Source: Candidatus Latescibacterota bacterium (GTDB taxonomy: Bacteria; Latescibacterota; UBA2968). From it: DNA of 64,000 bases. The position numbers were made by a program, and so were the translations under genes. How positions within the stretch are numbered: position 1 is the first letter of the stretch; each line of letters opens with the position of its first letter. The stretch lies in NCBI GenBank assembly GCA_965198115.1, contig OZ240241.1, positions 1,024,001 through 1,088,000 on the forward strand, in the 5' to 3' direction. Of the stretch, positions 21,062 to 34,694 are shown piece after piece. The notes below the pieces were generated by a model. That model had not been told where the DNA came from. It searched no databases and saw only the letters and a list, made by a program, of their open reading frames with translations.

Positions 21062-21228
21062 CGTGGGGGCTGAAGCCCCACGCTAAGAGCGCGAAGCCGG
21101 CTGAAGCCGGCTAAGGTGGATCTGACTTGCGCGTCCATTCGTCAAACAGAGGTGGATCGGTGTTTGGGCACTCATCAGTCCGCTTCGCCGGGCTTTGTAC
21201 TTCCACCGTGGGGATTCATCCCCGCGCC
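21062..21228. repeat. Inverted pair of REP elements (REPIN-like)
   Basis: CGTGGGGGCTGAAGCCCCACG-CTAAGAGCGCGA-AGCCGGCTGAAGCCGGCT, with a degenerate opposite-orientation copy at ~21176-21228. Confidence 0.7.
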
Positions 21229-21273
21229 AGTCTCTGACGGATGACAACTGCATTAGCTGCGACTCCGGCACAG

Positions 21274-22003
21274 CTAAAACTCAGCTTCCTCCCAAAAGAT
21301 CGTCACTCCCAGACCCTGCCACTTGTCCCGCTCTTCTCTGGGAACCGCGGTTGCCAGGCACCGGGGGATACCGACTGGATCCAACTGGTCGGCCACATTC
21401 TGGAAGCACGCTTCGACCGTCGACAGGGGCGGATCCGTGTGTCGTTCGATGTTGAAACGCATATCGTTCGGGCCGAAAGCGACATAGTCGATCCCCGGTC
21501 GATCGGCGAATCGTCTGGCGTGAGCGACCGCCTCGAGGGACTCGAACTGAAGGACGAGCACGGCGTGATTGTTCCACCATTCGGCGTATTCGAGCCGGTC
21601 CGGATTCCCGCCCGATGGCCCGAGCCCGACCCGATTGGGCCCGCCCCAACTTCGTCTGCCGATCGGGCCATACCAGAAGAATTCCACCGCATCCGCAACT
21701 GTCTCCTCTGTCATCACCTCCGGAACCATGATTGAAGACAGTCCAAAATCGCAAAAACGCCCAGCCAGGTAGGCCTGCCGAGTGTGGGGGAGTCGCATCT
21801 GTACAGGCATTCCGAGGTCTTCGGCCGCCGCGCAGAATGCGACGATTTCTTTTTCGGAAATCGGCCGATGCTGGCCGTCGAAATAGACGCAGTCGTAATC
21901 CCCTTTCCCGAGTGCAACCTCCATCTGACTCTTGGTGATATCGATCGGACAGGTCATCAGGACAGCGGCCTTCGTGTCTTACGGTCTGTTTGAACGGTTT
22001 CAC
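21274..22003 (-). CDS. HpcH/HpaI aldolase family protein (probable indel near the N-terminus)
   Basis: DGQH, IMVPEV, PIGRRSWG, LQFES.EAV, FGPND; AAGAGG RBS before GTG 22003. Confidence 0.8.
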
Positions 22004-22233
22004 GATAAGAATCCTCTTTCTTTGGACGGATGTGGTGATGCGCGCAGCGGGCAGTGTAACGAAAAATCTGCACGTGGACAAAGAGTGGGTTAGACCTCGT
22101 TGGAAAGGCTTTGGTTCGGGGAGGTATGCGAGCCATTTTCTGACACACTTCCCTCCTGGCGAAACCCTACCCGGCCGCCGTGTCGTCTCACAGTATACCG
22201 GGCAATCACAGAAGCATTTCTGAGGCGAGCTGA

Positions 22234-24682
22234 ATGATCCAGAACTACTGTCTCACAGCGATCCGCAATCTCCTCAAACACAAAGTCTATTCCTGTATCA
22301 ACATCGCTGGACTCGCTCTCGGCCTGACCTGTACGATTCTCATTCTCCTTTTCATCCGAAACGAATTCTCGTTCGATCAGCATCACTCGAAGAGCGATCG
22401 AATCCACAAGGTGCTACGGGAATCGGAGCTGGGTGATCAGGTGGAAGTTTCTCCGATGACCTCCGGAGCCCTTGCCCCCGCAATGCGAGACGAGATTCCG
22501 GAGGTGGAGTACGCGATCCGCTACTTCAGCAACGGGATGTGGACCCGCTACCGTGGAAAAGGCTTCAACGAGAATATCTGTCTCGCGGAACCGGAGATTT
22601 TCGACATCTTCGATATCCCGTTCGCGGTGGGAGACCCGGCGAGTCTCGCGGAGCACGGGTCGATCGTGATCTCGGAACGGATGGCGAACCGGTTCTTCGG
22701 CGACGAAAGCCCGATCGGGAAGACCATCGCCGTCGAGCACCACGAGATGGGTGGCGATTTCACGATCACAGACATATTCGCCATACTGCCGAATCGCTCC
22801 ACGATCTGGTTCGACGCGCTGACGACAACACCGACAGGGACGAAGATTCGAAGCTGGAACTGGTGGAGCGCCGAGGGCCAGTATCGAGGCTACACGACCT
22901 ACTTCGTGCACCGCGAAGGGGCCGACATCGACGTGGTCGAGGCCAAGCTCAACGAGCTGATGCGTGGGTATATGGGAGAGGCGACGGCAGAGCGCAGCAA
23001 GTATATTGTCCAGCCGCTTCTGGACGTCTATCTCTACTCGATGTCTCACTACGGGATGGAGTGGGGGTGGAGTGACATTCGACAGGTCTACACGATCGCT
23101 ATCGTCGGTGTCTTCATTCTGATCATCGCTCTGGTGAATTACACGAATCTCGCGACGGCCCGATCGGCGGGGCGGGCGCGCGAGATTGGGATGCGCAAGG
23201 TCGAGGGGGCAACGCGAAATCAGCTCGTGGGCCAACTGCTCTCCGAATCCGTTTTGACCGCGCTGATCTGCGTCGTCGTGGCATTGGGGGTCGTGTGGCA
23301 GCTGTTACCGACGTTCAATCAGATGGCCGGCCGAAATCTGGCGTTCTCCTTCGAGTGGATGGACGGTGTGGGGTTGGCCGGTCTGGCGTGGTGGCAGGCT
23401 TGCTCGGGGGGCTCTATCCCGCGCTCTATCTGTCACGATTCGAATCCGTGGAAGTCATCAAGGGGAACGTCAAGACAGGTCGTGGTGCGAGTCTCAGGAA
23501 GATTCTGGTGGTCACCCAGTTTGTGGTGTCGACGGCATTCATCATCGGGACCTTCGTCGTCTACGACCAGCTCAGCTACATCCGATCGAAGGATCTGGGG
23601 TTCGAGAAAGACCGAACGCTGGCGATGCCAATCTGGTTCCAGTCCAGAAAGGTTCATAATGATGGCGACGCCGACCTCCGGTTCCGACACCGCGAGGTCA
23701 AGACGCGGTTCGAGCAGCATTCGAACGTCCTCGCTTCGACGTCGAACCGATTCTATCAGGGTGCCTTCGTGACGACCGGTGTGTTCCAACCGGAGGGGTC
23801 GACGGAAAAGGTGAGGATCGGTTACACGGACGTGGACGAGGACTTCGTCGATTTCTTCGGGCTGGAGCTCCTGGCGGGAAGAGCGCTGCGCTACGAGGAT
23901 CTCGAGCGCCAGGAGGAGAACGGCCGGGCGCTGCTCATCAACGAATCCGCGATGCGACACTTGGTTGGGCGGATCCGGGGTCGGGATCCTCCAAAGACCC
24001 CATCGGAAAGCAGCTTCACGACAGTCGGGGGAATCGGGGTCAGGGTACCCGGAGTGTCGTCGTGGGTGTCCTGAAGGACTATCATACTCATTCCCTCAGG
24101 GATCCGATACGCCCCGTGGCGATCGGTCTGCGTCCCTACAGCTTCAAATATCTCTATCTGAAACTTGGCGATGGGGACCAGGATGACACACTGGCGTTCA
24201 TCGAACGGACGTGGAACGCGCTGCTGCCTCAACGGCCGTTCGAGTTCGTGTTTATGGAGGACCAGCTCAACGACTTTCTCTACAATCGGGAGCAGCAGCT
24301 GGGCCGAATGTTCAGGGTCTTCGCGATCCTGGCAATCCTCGTCGCGTGTCTTGGCCTGTTCGGCTTGACCGCCTTTATGACCGAGCAACGAACCAAGGAG
24401 ATCGGCATCCGGAAAGTTCTTGCGGCCTCCGTGCCCGACATCGTGCTCCTGATGTCCAGGGATTTCCTGTTCCTCGTCCTGATCGGAAACGTGATCGCCT
24501 GTCCCTTCGCGTTCTTCGGAATGCGGCGATGGCTCGAGGACTTTGCCTATCACGTCGATCTCGGGATCGGGACGTTTCTTCTCGGAGTGAGCGCAACCCT
24601 GGTTCTTGCTGTCATCACGGTGAGCGCGCAGGCCTACAAAGCCGCTGTCGTCGATCCGGTGCGATCGATTCGGACTGAATGA
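22234..24682 (+). CDS. ABC transporter permease, MacB/FtsX family (two frameshifts)
   Basis: 'RNLLKHK.YS.INI.GLA.G', 'RAREIGMRKV.GA', 'LVVTQF', 'EQRTKEIGIRKVL'. Confidence 0.88.
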
Positions 24683-24702
24683 AGCAATGAAAGGGACAGT
24701 CG

Positions 24703-25416
24703 ATGGCTGAAGAGGGACGTGTCGCCCTGATCGTCGGAGCGAGCAGCGGAATGGGACGGGCAACGGCCAAAGCCTACGCCGATGCCGGGTTGCGGGTAGC
24801 GGTCGCCGCGCGCAGCGAGGACAAGCTGAAAACACTCGCCCAGGAGATCGGGCAGGGTGCGGTAGCGGCTCCCTGCGACGTCACCTTGCCGGATACGGTG
24901 AACAGGGCAGTCGAAGGAGTGATCGACGCATTCGGCAGGATCGACATCCTGGTCTACGCGACGGGGACGAACATTCCCGAACGGAGCCTGGACGTGCTGA
25001 CGGGAGAGACCTGGGAAATGATGATGGCGACGAACCTGAGCGGCGCGTTCTACTGCACCCGGGCGGTGGTGCCGCGGATGAGGGAACAAGGAAGCGGGCT
25101 GATCATCTATTTATCGACGGGAGCCGTGCAATCGCCCGATCTCTCCGGAGTTTCCTATCAGGCCAGCAAGCACGGGATGACCGGACTCGCTCACGGAACG
25201 TTCAACGAAGAGCGCGAGAACGGAATCCGGACCACGATTATTTTTCCGGGGTTGTGCGACACCCCGTTGGTCCTCAAGCGGCCGACCCCGACACCACCCG
25301 AGGTGATGGCTAAAGCATTGAAGCCCGAGGATGTGGCGGAGGCCTGTCTGTTCGTGGCGTCTCTCCCGTCGCGAACACGGATTCCCGAACTCCAGCTGCT
25401 TCCGTCCGGACTTTGA
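24703..25416 (+). CDS. SDR family oxidoreductase
   Basis: GASSGMG, YQASK. Confidence 0.88.
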   Translation: MAEEGRVALIVGASSGMGRATAKAYADAGLRVAVAARSEDKLKTLAQEIGQGAVAAPCDVTLPDTVNRAVEGVIDAFGRIDILVYATGTNIPERSLDVLTGETWEMMMATNLSGAFYCTRAVVPRMREQGSGLIIYLSTGAVQSPDLSGVSYQASKHGMTGLAHGTFNEERENGIRTTIIFPGLCDTPLVLKRPTPTPPEVMAKALKPEDVAEACLFVASLPSRTRIPELQLLPSGL

Positions 25417-25459
25417 GTTATAGCCATAAATGGTTGTCCTGGAGCTTATTGAGACAAGA

Positions 25460-25816
25460 TTAGGGAGGGATTAGACGCTGGGAAAGGTCTTTGACGTCGC
25501 TTGCCGAAAAGGGCTTTTGGAGAAAGCCAGCCACACCCAGTTTCTCCAGCTCTTCCACCAGATCTTCCGTGAGGTGGGCAGAAACGGCGACGACCGGGCT
25601 GGTGACCTCGTTCCGAAGCACGGCAATGGTGTCTACGCCGTCCATTTTGTCCATCACCATATCGACCAAAACGAGGTCGAAGGTCTCAGAATGGGTCAAT
25701 TTCAGGGCCTCCACCCCGTTGGCAGCCTCGAAAACCGTGTGGCCCTCCCTCTCGAACAAGCGTGTCAGAACCCGGCGGACGTCGGGCTCATCGTCGATGA
25801 CCAATATGCAAGCCAA
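25460..25816 (-). CDS. Single-domain response regulator (CheY-like)
   Basis: IDDE, DLVLVDMVM..MDG, VSA, KPF. Confidence 0.88.
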   Translation of the reverse strand: MACILVIDDEPDVRRVLTRLFEREGHTVFEAANGVEALKLTHSETFDLVLVDMVMDKMDGVDTIAVLRNEVTSPVVAVSAHLTEDLVEELEKLGVAGFLQKPFSASDVKDLSQRLIPP

Positions 25817-25932
25817 ATAAGGTCTCCTTCTGCCCTGATAAACTGCTTGGATACCGGAGATTCGTCCGTATCATAAGCTTCCAAGGTGCATTTTGAAACG
25901 ATTATGTGCCCAAAACCCACGATACAATTGGG

Positions 25933-25961
25933 TTGACACGCCATATGGGATTCCATAGACT
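25933..25961 (+). promoter_or_regulatory. Sigma70-type promoter
   Basis: TTGACA-17nt-TAGACT upstream of 26029. Confidence 0.55.
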
Positions 25962-26028
25962 TAGGCAAGTGTAGAATTAATAAGCAGTTTCGTGTATTCC
26001 CACGGCTTCACCAGGCGTTGGGTCCCCA

Positions 26029-28006
26029 ATGTTATTTGGTAACCTATTCAAGAACGACAAACGGATTTCCGTCGGGCGTGGTCGAAAGCGCAAGCTGACG
26101 ATCAAGGATGTGATCGAGAACCTCGATGGCCTTGACCTGACGACGGCCAACTGTACCCTCATCAGGGACCACCTCGGCAACGACAAAGTCGAGGACTACG
26201 GGGATGTCGATGTCTATCGCGTGAACGACGAACAGCTGTTTGTCGTTGACAACGGCTTCTTCATCACGACGCCGAGCGGAATGAAGCTCGAGTCCTCCGT
26301 CCGTGATGAAGACGTTGCCGAAATCGTTTCAGAAGAGGAAGATCGGCCCGAGGCCGCAGCTGGTGATGAAGATGACATCGATCCGGACTCGATGACGGAC
26401 GACGACGAGGACGAAGAGGCGGGCGACGCTTTCAGTGGTGGTGGAGGGCGGCGTAAGCGACGTCGGCAAGAGCCCGAACCCCCCGAAGAGCAGGCCCTCG
26501 GAATCGGACAGGTCATTCGGCTTCGCTTTTTCTTCCGACGCATTCCCTACGAAATCGATTGCCAGATCCTCGATCGTTTCAATCCCACGCGATATCGCAA
26601 CGTCGACCTCACGCCCAAGTGGGGTGTAGGCTATCGGGTTCGCCCCCTGAGCGACGCCCGAAAGCGCGATCAGCGGCGCTATGTCCGCTACACGCATCGT
26701 CTGGGCTTCGGTCATCTTCGTTTGAGAAGCGAGATCCAGTTCAACGTCTTCGCCCACAAGACCAATCTCGAAATCCCGGAAAAGGGCGCTCTAAAGCAAA
26801 CGATCTCGGACGAGGACTTCGAGGTTAGTCCATTCGGCAAGCAGGACGTCGACGAACTGAAGGACGCAGATCGCATCGAAGACATCGTCGAGTTCTTCAT
26901 GGCTTGCATGGTTCAGAATCCGACAGAGCGTCGCCACATCTACGCCAGCAAAGCGTATCTGGACAGGCTCAACCGATCGAGTCTGGAGGGACTGGGCTAT
27001 TTCAATGTCGTCGGTGCCCAGCAGACGACGGTTCTTCCCAAAATCTTCGTAAAGCGGCAGGCCAAGGGCGAGAGTGTACTCGACAAGCAGCTTGCGGGGA
27101 AGAGCCACGCCAAGCGCGACGCCAGGAAGATGCGCGCGATCGAAGAGATGTACGATCGGTTTCAGATGCTCACACGCGAGCACTATCTGGCAGCAGCGGA
27201 GGATGGGAAAGTCGGTCGTCGGCGATTTCCAAAACGACATCGTGCTCGTCGGGTTCTCGTCTCCCCACGGTCTTCAGGCCGAAGATCACGCAACCTCGCG
27301 CCAGCTCGTCATGCCCGCCGAGGTGACGGACATCGGCGTGGAAAACATCACGCTCAAACCTACGGCGTTCGAAGATGCCAGGTCCCGCGAATTAGAGATC
27401 AAAGAATTCGTTCGCCAGGACGATGGGTTTCAGATCGATTTGCTGAATTTCAGCGTCGGAGGCACCCAGCTGCGGGGGGCAGAAACGGCCGAAGGATGCG
27501 AGGCGTTCCTGCAATACCTGATCGGGGATGGGGCCGAGGACATGCCGCTGGCCGAACGGGTCGAGGCGCTGCAAAAGCAGGCCATCCTGCTGAACCTCTA
27601 CCCTGTGTTGAATTTCACGCGTGCCCAGATTTCCGACTACAAACCCTACTTACCCTACCGGATTCCGGTGATCGCACGTGTCGCTCGTTTTTCGACTGAA
27701 CGAGCGAAGGAGAACGAAGAGCCGACGATTGCATCGCTGGGGTTGGAATTCATCTACAACCCGATCCACGACAGCTATTCTCGGGACATCAACGAATTCG
27801 ATCAGTGGGAGCAGGTCACGCCGTATACCGAGAGTCAGAACTTTATCGAAATTCACAAGTCCCTTCAGCTTCTGTTCGGGTTCGACCGGGCGCTCGACGA
27901 AAGTCTCAGAGAAGACAGGAGCAGCACCAAACAGAAAGAAGTCATCGACGAGGACGAGGAGTCCGCCGAGCCCGCCGAGGAGGAGGCGCCCGCCAAAGCC
28001 GAATGA
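26029..28006 (+). CDS. Large uncharacterised protein with PilZ/YcgR-like motifs (frameshift ~27200)
   Basis: QRRYVR (RxxxR) and NFSVGG (D/NxSxxG), acidic low-complexity stretches; two overlapping ORFs. Confidence 0.65.
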
Positions 28007-28088
28007 GCGGGACACCGGTCTGCATCGGGGGGTACGGGACTTTCCGTGCGCCCCGATTTGTGTTGGTGCCCATCGATAAGGCGGTTCG

Positions 28089-28117
28089 TTGACAGCTGCT
28101 GGGGCTTAACCTAAGAT
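28089..28117 (+). promoter_or_regulatory. Sigma70-type promoter
   Basis: TTGACA-17nt-TAAGAT. Confidence 0.55.
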
Positions 28118-28166
28118 GAACTTTCTAGGTGCGCTGGACGGCCAGACGCCATAGGCGAGACAGCCG

Positions 28167-28517
28167 ATGAATCAGGAAAAGATCGACTACACCGAAGACG
28201 ACAGGATCCTGGCGCAGCTCGAAGATCCGACCGATATCGAGGCGTTTACCAACCTGATGGAGAACGCCCATCGGGAAGGGCTGAGCGCGGCCGATCTGAT
28301 CCGCGAGGAGCCCAAACGGACGTCTCGAAGCGCCATTCGATGCATCTGTTTGAAGGATCGAAAACGGTCGATTCGGGCCATGGTGTCGGCCGTCGTCAGA
28401 TCGATGTGGGACAGGCCTGTTCAGAACCCCGAAGATGCGCTCGTACAGGGCCTGTTCGGTGCAACGACACGCCCACCCCGCTTCCGCGAGAACAAGAAGA
28501 ACGGTGGGGAATCCTGA
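28167..28517 (+). CDS. Hypothetical protein
   Basis: ATG ORF downstream of a promoter, TGATG-coupled to the next ORF. Confidence 0.6.
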   Translation: MNQEKIDYTEDDRILAQLEDPTDIEAFTNLMENAHREGLSAADLIREEPKRTSRSAIRCICLKDRKRSIRAMVSAVVRSMWDRPVQNPEDALVQGLFGATTRPPRFRENKKNGGES

Positions 28518-28690
28518 TGCTCCAAAGTCAGCTCCTCAGGGCCCACATAAACGAAATCGAAGAGCTGATCAGTAACCTACTTCCCGCCGCGAAGGCAGGG
28601 TGCACATCCTCCCGCGATCAGGTTGTCTCTCTCCAAAAGCAGGTCTTCGCCAAGCGGCGACGACTGCGTGCTCTCCCCGACGAAGGCTGA
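28517..28690 (+). CDS. Small hypothetical helical protein (57 aa)
   Basis: TGATG overlap; MLQSQLLRAHINEIEELISNLL... Confidence 0.5.
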   Translation: MLQSQLLRAHINEIEELISNLLPAAKAGCTSSRDQVVSLQKQVFAKRRRLRALPDEG

Positions 28691-28738
28691 CCGGGGCCCC
28701 AAACGACCGAATCCACACCCGACTCTGCCGATAAGCGG

Positions 28739-29140
28739 ATGCTGGGCATCGACTACGGCAGGCGTCGCATCGGTGTCGCGATCAGCGATGCGCTCGGCGT
28801 GACTGCCCAGGCGCTCACGACCCTCGACGTGAAGGGTCGCCGCGATGCGTGCCGGCAGATCGCCGACCTCGTGGAATCGAACAAGGTGGGCACGATCGTC
28901 GTGGGACTCCCGCTGAACATGGATGGTTCCCGGAGCGAAATGGTCGACGAAGTTGAACAACTGGCCTCGCGGCTGACGGCAAGCACGGGTTGTCCCGTCG
29001 TGTTCTGGGATGAGAGGATGACCAGCCAGGCGGCTACACGGGCCATTCAGGCTTCCGGACGCAGGGCACCCCGTGGTTCGGTCGACCGAATCGCTGCTTG
29101 CCTGATTCTCGAAGGTTACCTGAACACCAGACGGCCGTGA
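28739..29140 (+). CDS. ruvX: Holliday junction resolvase-like pre-16S rRNA nuclease RuvX/YqgF
   Basis: LGIDYG.RRIGVAISD, VGLPLNMDG, DERMTS, D.IAA.LIL. Confidence 0.95.
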   Translation: MLGIDYGRRRIGVAISDALGVTAQALTTLDVKGRRDACRQIADLVESNKVGTIVVGLPLNMDGSRSEMVDEVEQLASRLTASTGCPVVFWDERMTSQAATRAIQASGRRAPRGSVDRIAACLILEGYLNTRRP

Positions 29141-30189
29141 ACGAACTTCCCAGACGCGTGACCGAATGGATCCGCACACGCTTGCTCGTGGTCGTCGTCA
29201 CGGCTACGACCTGCGTCGGCATCGGCTTTGGCGTCACCCTTTCCTTCTACCTTTTGAATCGTCCGACGGGCATTCCGCCCCGGATCGTGGTCGTTCAGGC
29301 GGGGGCGTCGGTCCATTCGATCGCTACCCAGCTTAAGGAAGAACGCCTGATCCGAAGCCCACGGTTTTTCCGCGTGCTCTCGATCATCGGCTCAATCAGC
29401 ACGGAACTCACGGCCGGACCCCACCCTCTCCACGGCCGAATGACTACCTGGGACATCCTCCAGGAACTCCGGATTCCACGCGACGAATCGATCAGCGTGA
29501 CCATCCCGGAAGGGCTTCGTAAGTCATCGACGTTCGAGATTCTTGCTCGCGCCCTTGATCTCGATACGGACACGTTCGAACGGTTGGCTTCAGATTCGCG
29601 GTTTTGCCAGGATCTCGGGATCGACTTGGCCGATCTGGAGGGCTATCTCTTTCCCGAAACCTACCGGCTCTCACGTTTTGCGTCAGAGGAGCAAGTACTC
29701 CGAATCTTGGTGACGCACTTTCACAAGGCCTACGAGGGCGATGTGGCAGAAGAAGGCGAGGGTCGTGGGATGACGAGGCACGAAGTCGTGACGATGGCTT
29801 CGATCATCGAGGAGGAAACACGCGTGGCCGAAGAACGCCCGATCGTGTCTGCCGTCTACCACAACCGGCTGCGCCGACGGATGCGTCTTCAAGCCGACCC
29901 GACGGTGCAGTTCGCACTGCCTGACGGGCCACGTCGACTGTTCAACAAGGACTACGCATATCCCTCGCCTTATAACACCTACCTGCACGGTGGTTTGCCA
30001 CCCGGGCCCATCGGCAGCCCGGGCAAGGCGGCGCTCGAGGCGGCCGTGGCTCCGGCCGATGTGAACTACCTCTACTTCGTAGCCAAGGGCGACGGCTCCC
30101 ACATTTTTACACGAACGCCACGGGAACACGAGGCAGCCAAGCGTCTGACGCGTGATTCTCGTCGAAAAACCTGGAGAAAGCCCAAGTAA
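29137..30189 (+). CDS. mltG: Endolytic transglycosylase MltG
   Basis: TIPEG, LEGYLFPETY, ASIIEEE, LQADPTV, SPYNTY..GLPPGPI. Confidence 0.95.
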   Translation: MNELPRRVTEWIRTRLLVVVVTATTCVGIGFGVTLSFYLLNRPTGIPPRIVVVQAGASVHSIATQLKEERLIRSPRFFRVLSIIGSISTELTAGPHPLHGRMTTWDILQELRIPRDESISVTIPEGLRKSSTFEILARALDLDTDTFERLASDSRFCQDLGIDLADLEGYLFPETYRLSRFASEEQVLRILVTHFHKAYEGDVAEEGEGRGMTRHEVVTMASIIEEETRVAEERPIVSAVYHNRLRRRMRLQADPTVQFALPDGPRRLFNKDYAYPSPYNTYLHGGLPPGPIGSPGKAALEAAVAPADVNYLYFVAKGDGSHIFTRTPREHEAAKRLTRDSRRKTWRKPK

Positions 30190-30190
30190 C

Positions 30191-32461
30191 GTGTCGACCG
30201 TTTTAGAATCGACTTCCGTCCTCGCCGGCCTGAACGAGCCTCAACTCGAGGCGGTCGAAGTGATTGACGGTCCTCTCCTGATCCTCGCGGGGGCGGGATC
30301 GGGGAAGACGCGCGTACTCACGCGTCGCATTGCTTATCTCATCGGCGAGATCGGTGTGCCCCCGTGGCGCATTCTGGCAATGACGTTCACGAACAAGGCG
30401 GCCGGCGAGATGCGGGATCGCGTCGAGGAGCTGCTCGATCGTCCGAGTCGGGGAATGTGGATCGGCACGTTTCACTCGATCTGCGCCCGGCTGTTGCGGG
30501 TCGAACACGAAGGAGCCGGGCTAGGTGCGAATTTCTCCATCTACGACACCACGGACCAGCTTGCCGTCGTGAGGAAAGTGCTCAAAGCGCGCGGCGTGTC
30601 GGACAAGACCTATCCGCCCAAGCAGGTGCTCGGGCGGATAGGCCAGGCTAAAAACCAGATGTCCGATCCCGACGGGTTTCTTCGGACCGCCGACGGATTC
30701 TACGAACAGCAGATTGCCAACCTTTACCGCGCCTACCAGGCCGAGCTCGACGACGCGAACGCGGTCGACTTCGACGATCTGCTGATGAAGAGCGTCCGTT
30801 TGCTGGCCGACAACGAAGCGGTGCTGGGGAAGTACCAGGAGCGATTTCAGTATATCCTGATCGACGAATACCAGGACACCAACCGCCCGCAGTATCTCCT
30901 CACGCGCCATCTGGCAGAGACGCACCAGAATCTGTGCGTCGTCGGCGACGACGACCAGAGCATCTACGCCTGGCGCGGCGCCGACATCCGAAACATTCTC
31001 GATTTCGAACAGGACTATCCCAAAACGACCGTCATCCGGCTCGAACAGAACTATCGCTCGACCCAGACAATCCTCGACGCAGGCAATGCGGTCATTGCTC
31101 ACAACCTGGATCGAAAAGGAAAACAGCTCTGGACCGACCGGCAGGGAGGCGAGCCGATTCGGCTTCGACGTACGTTCGACGAGCAGGACGAGGCCCGTTG
31201 GCTGGTGACGACGATCCAGGAGCTGAAGGGCGTGGGGAACCTGGCCTTACGCGACCAGGCCATTCTCTACCGAACGAACGCTCAGTCACGGGCCATCGAG
31301 GAACAACTCGTTCGGGCAAATGTCCCCTACGTCATCGTCGGGGACGTCAAGTTTTACGAGCGTCGCGAAATCAAGGACGTGCTCGGCTATCTCCGGCTGA
31401 TCGACAACCCGCGCGACACGGTCTGTCTGACTCGGGTGATCAACACGCCACGCCGAGGCATCGGGGACACCTCCTTCAATCGGATGATGGACTTTGCCGC
31501 CGCCTCGGGCGCCGCCCCCTATGGAGTGCTGGCGCGGGCGAGCGACATACCCGACCTCAGTCGTGCGGCAGCATCGAAGATGAAGGCCTTCCACGCGATG
31601 GTTGAACGGTTTCGGACTCGTTCGAGCGAAATCGATGCAGCCACGTTGGCCGTCGAAGTCCTGAAGGAGGCGGACTACGCACAAAGTCTGGGCGCCGTGG
31701 GTGTGGCCGAGGCGGATGGCCGGCGCGAGAACGTAGAGGAGTTGCTGGCCAACATCGAAGGGTTCGTCGACCGGGCGGAAGACACGTCGATAGGCGCTTT
31801 CCTCCGGGAGGTGTCGTTAATGACCGATGTCGACGAATGGGACGATCGGTCCGACGCGGTGACACTGATGACCCTCCACAGCGCCAAGGGTCTCGAATTC
31901 GGGGCGATTTACATCACCGGTATGGAGGAGGGACTGTTCCCGATCGTGCGCGCGTGGGAAGAGGAGGACGAGGACGGCACGGAGGAAGAGCGCCGGCTGT
32001 TCTACGTCGGAATTACACGGGCGAAGGATCGGCTCTTCTTGAGCCACGCTCGCCAGCGCAGACGATACGGAGGCATCCAGGCCGGGATGCCATCCCGGTT
32101 TCTGAGCGAGATTCCAGAAAGCCTGATCGAGGAGGGTTTGAGACTCCGAGAAGTGCCCGTCGATGAACCGGACGGTGAACGTTCTGGTGAACGGGCGCGA
32201 CGACCGGCCGTCGAGAGGGCCGTAGGTACGGTCGACCCGGCACCGCGTACAGGGTCGCCCGACGCTATCGAGCTCGCTGCGGAGGCGGGAGAGGGTCGCG
32301 ATCTGTCGACCGAGGTGGGTGATTGGGTGATCCACCCCTACTGGGGCCGAGGCGTGATCGAAGCGCGGTCAGGGAGCGACGAGGATACGAAACTGAGCGT
32401 TCGATTCCAGGGGGTCACGAAGAAAATCGTCGTGCGCTACGCACGATTGTTGCCCGGTTGA
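30191..32461 (+). CDS. pcrA: ATP-dependent DNA helicase PcrA/UvrD
   Basis: AGAGSGKT, TFTNKAA, DEYQDTN, VGDDDQSIY, LEQNYRS, TLHSAKGLEF, EERRLFYVGITRA. Confidence 0.95.
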   Translation: MSTVLESTSVLAGLNEPQLEAVEVIDGPLLILAGAGSGKTRVLTRRIAYLIGEIGVPPWRILAMTFTNKAAGEMRDRVEELLDRPSRGMWIGTFHSICARLLRVEHEGAGLGANFSIYDTTDQLAVVRKVLKARGVSDKTYPPKQVLGRIGQAKNQMSDPDGFLRTADGFYEQQIANLYRAYQAELDDANAVDFDDLLMKSVRLLADNEAVLGKYQERFQYILIDEYQDTNRPQYLLTRHLAETHQNLCVVGDDDQSIYAWRGADIRNILDFEQDYPKTTVIRLEQNYRSTQTILDAGNAVIAHNLDRKGKQLWTDRQGGEPIRLRRTFDEQDEARWLVTTIQELKGVGNLALRDQAILYRTNAQSRAIEEQLVRANVPYVIVGDVKFYERREIKDVLGYLRLIDNPRDTVCLTRVINTPRRGIGDTSFNRMMDFAAASGAAPYGVLARASDIPDLSRAAASKMKAFHAMVERFRTRSSEIDAATLAVEVLKEADYAQSLGAVGVAEADGRRENVEELLANIEGFVDRAEDTSIGAFLREVSLMTDVDEWDDRSDAVTLMTLHSAKGLEFGAIYITGMEEGLFPIVRAWEEEDEDGTEEERRLFYVGITRAKDRLFLSHARQRRRYGGIQAGMPSRFLSEIPESLIEEGLRLREVPVDEPDGERSGERARRPAVERAVGTVDPAPRTGSPDAIELAAEAGEGRDLSTEVGDWVIHPYWGRGVIEARSGSDEDTKLSVRFQGVTKKIVVRYARLLPG

Positions 32462-32542
32462 GCCGATAGCTCTTGATTTGGTTAGGCCCTTTTCTGATAT
32501 TGACAAAGTTGTGACAGACCCAACCCTCTATCGGGGCGGTGT

Positions 32543-34693
<2,151 letters not shown>

Positions 34694-34694
<1 letters not shown>

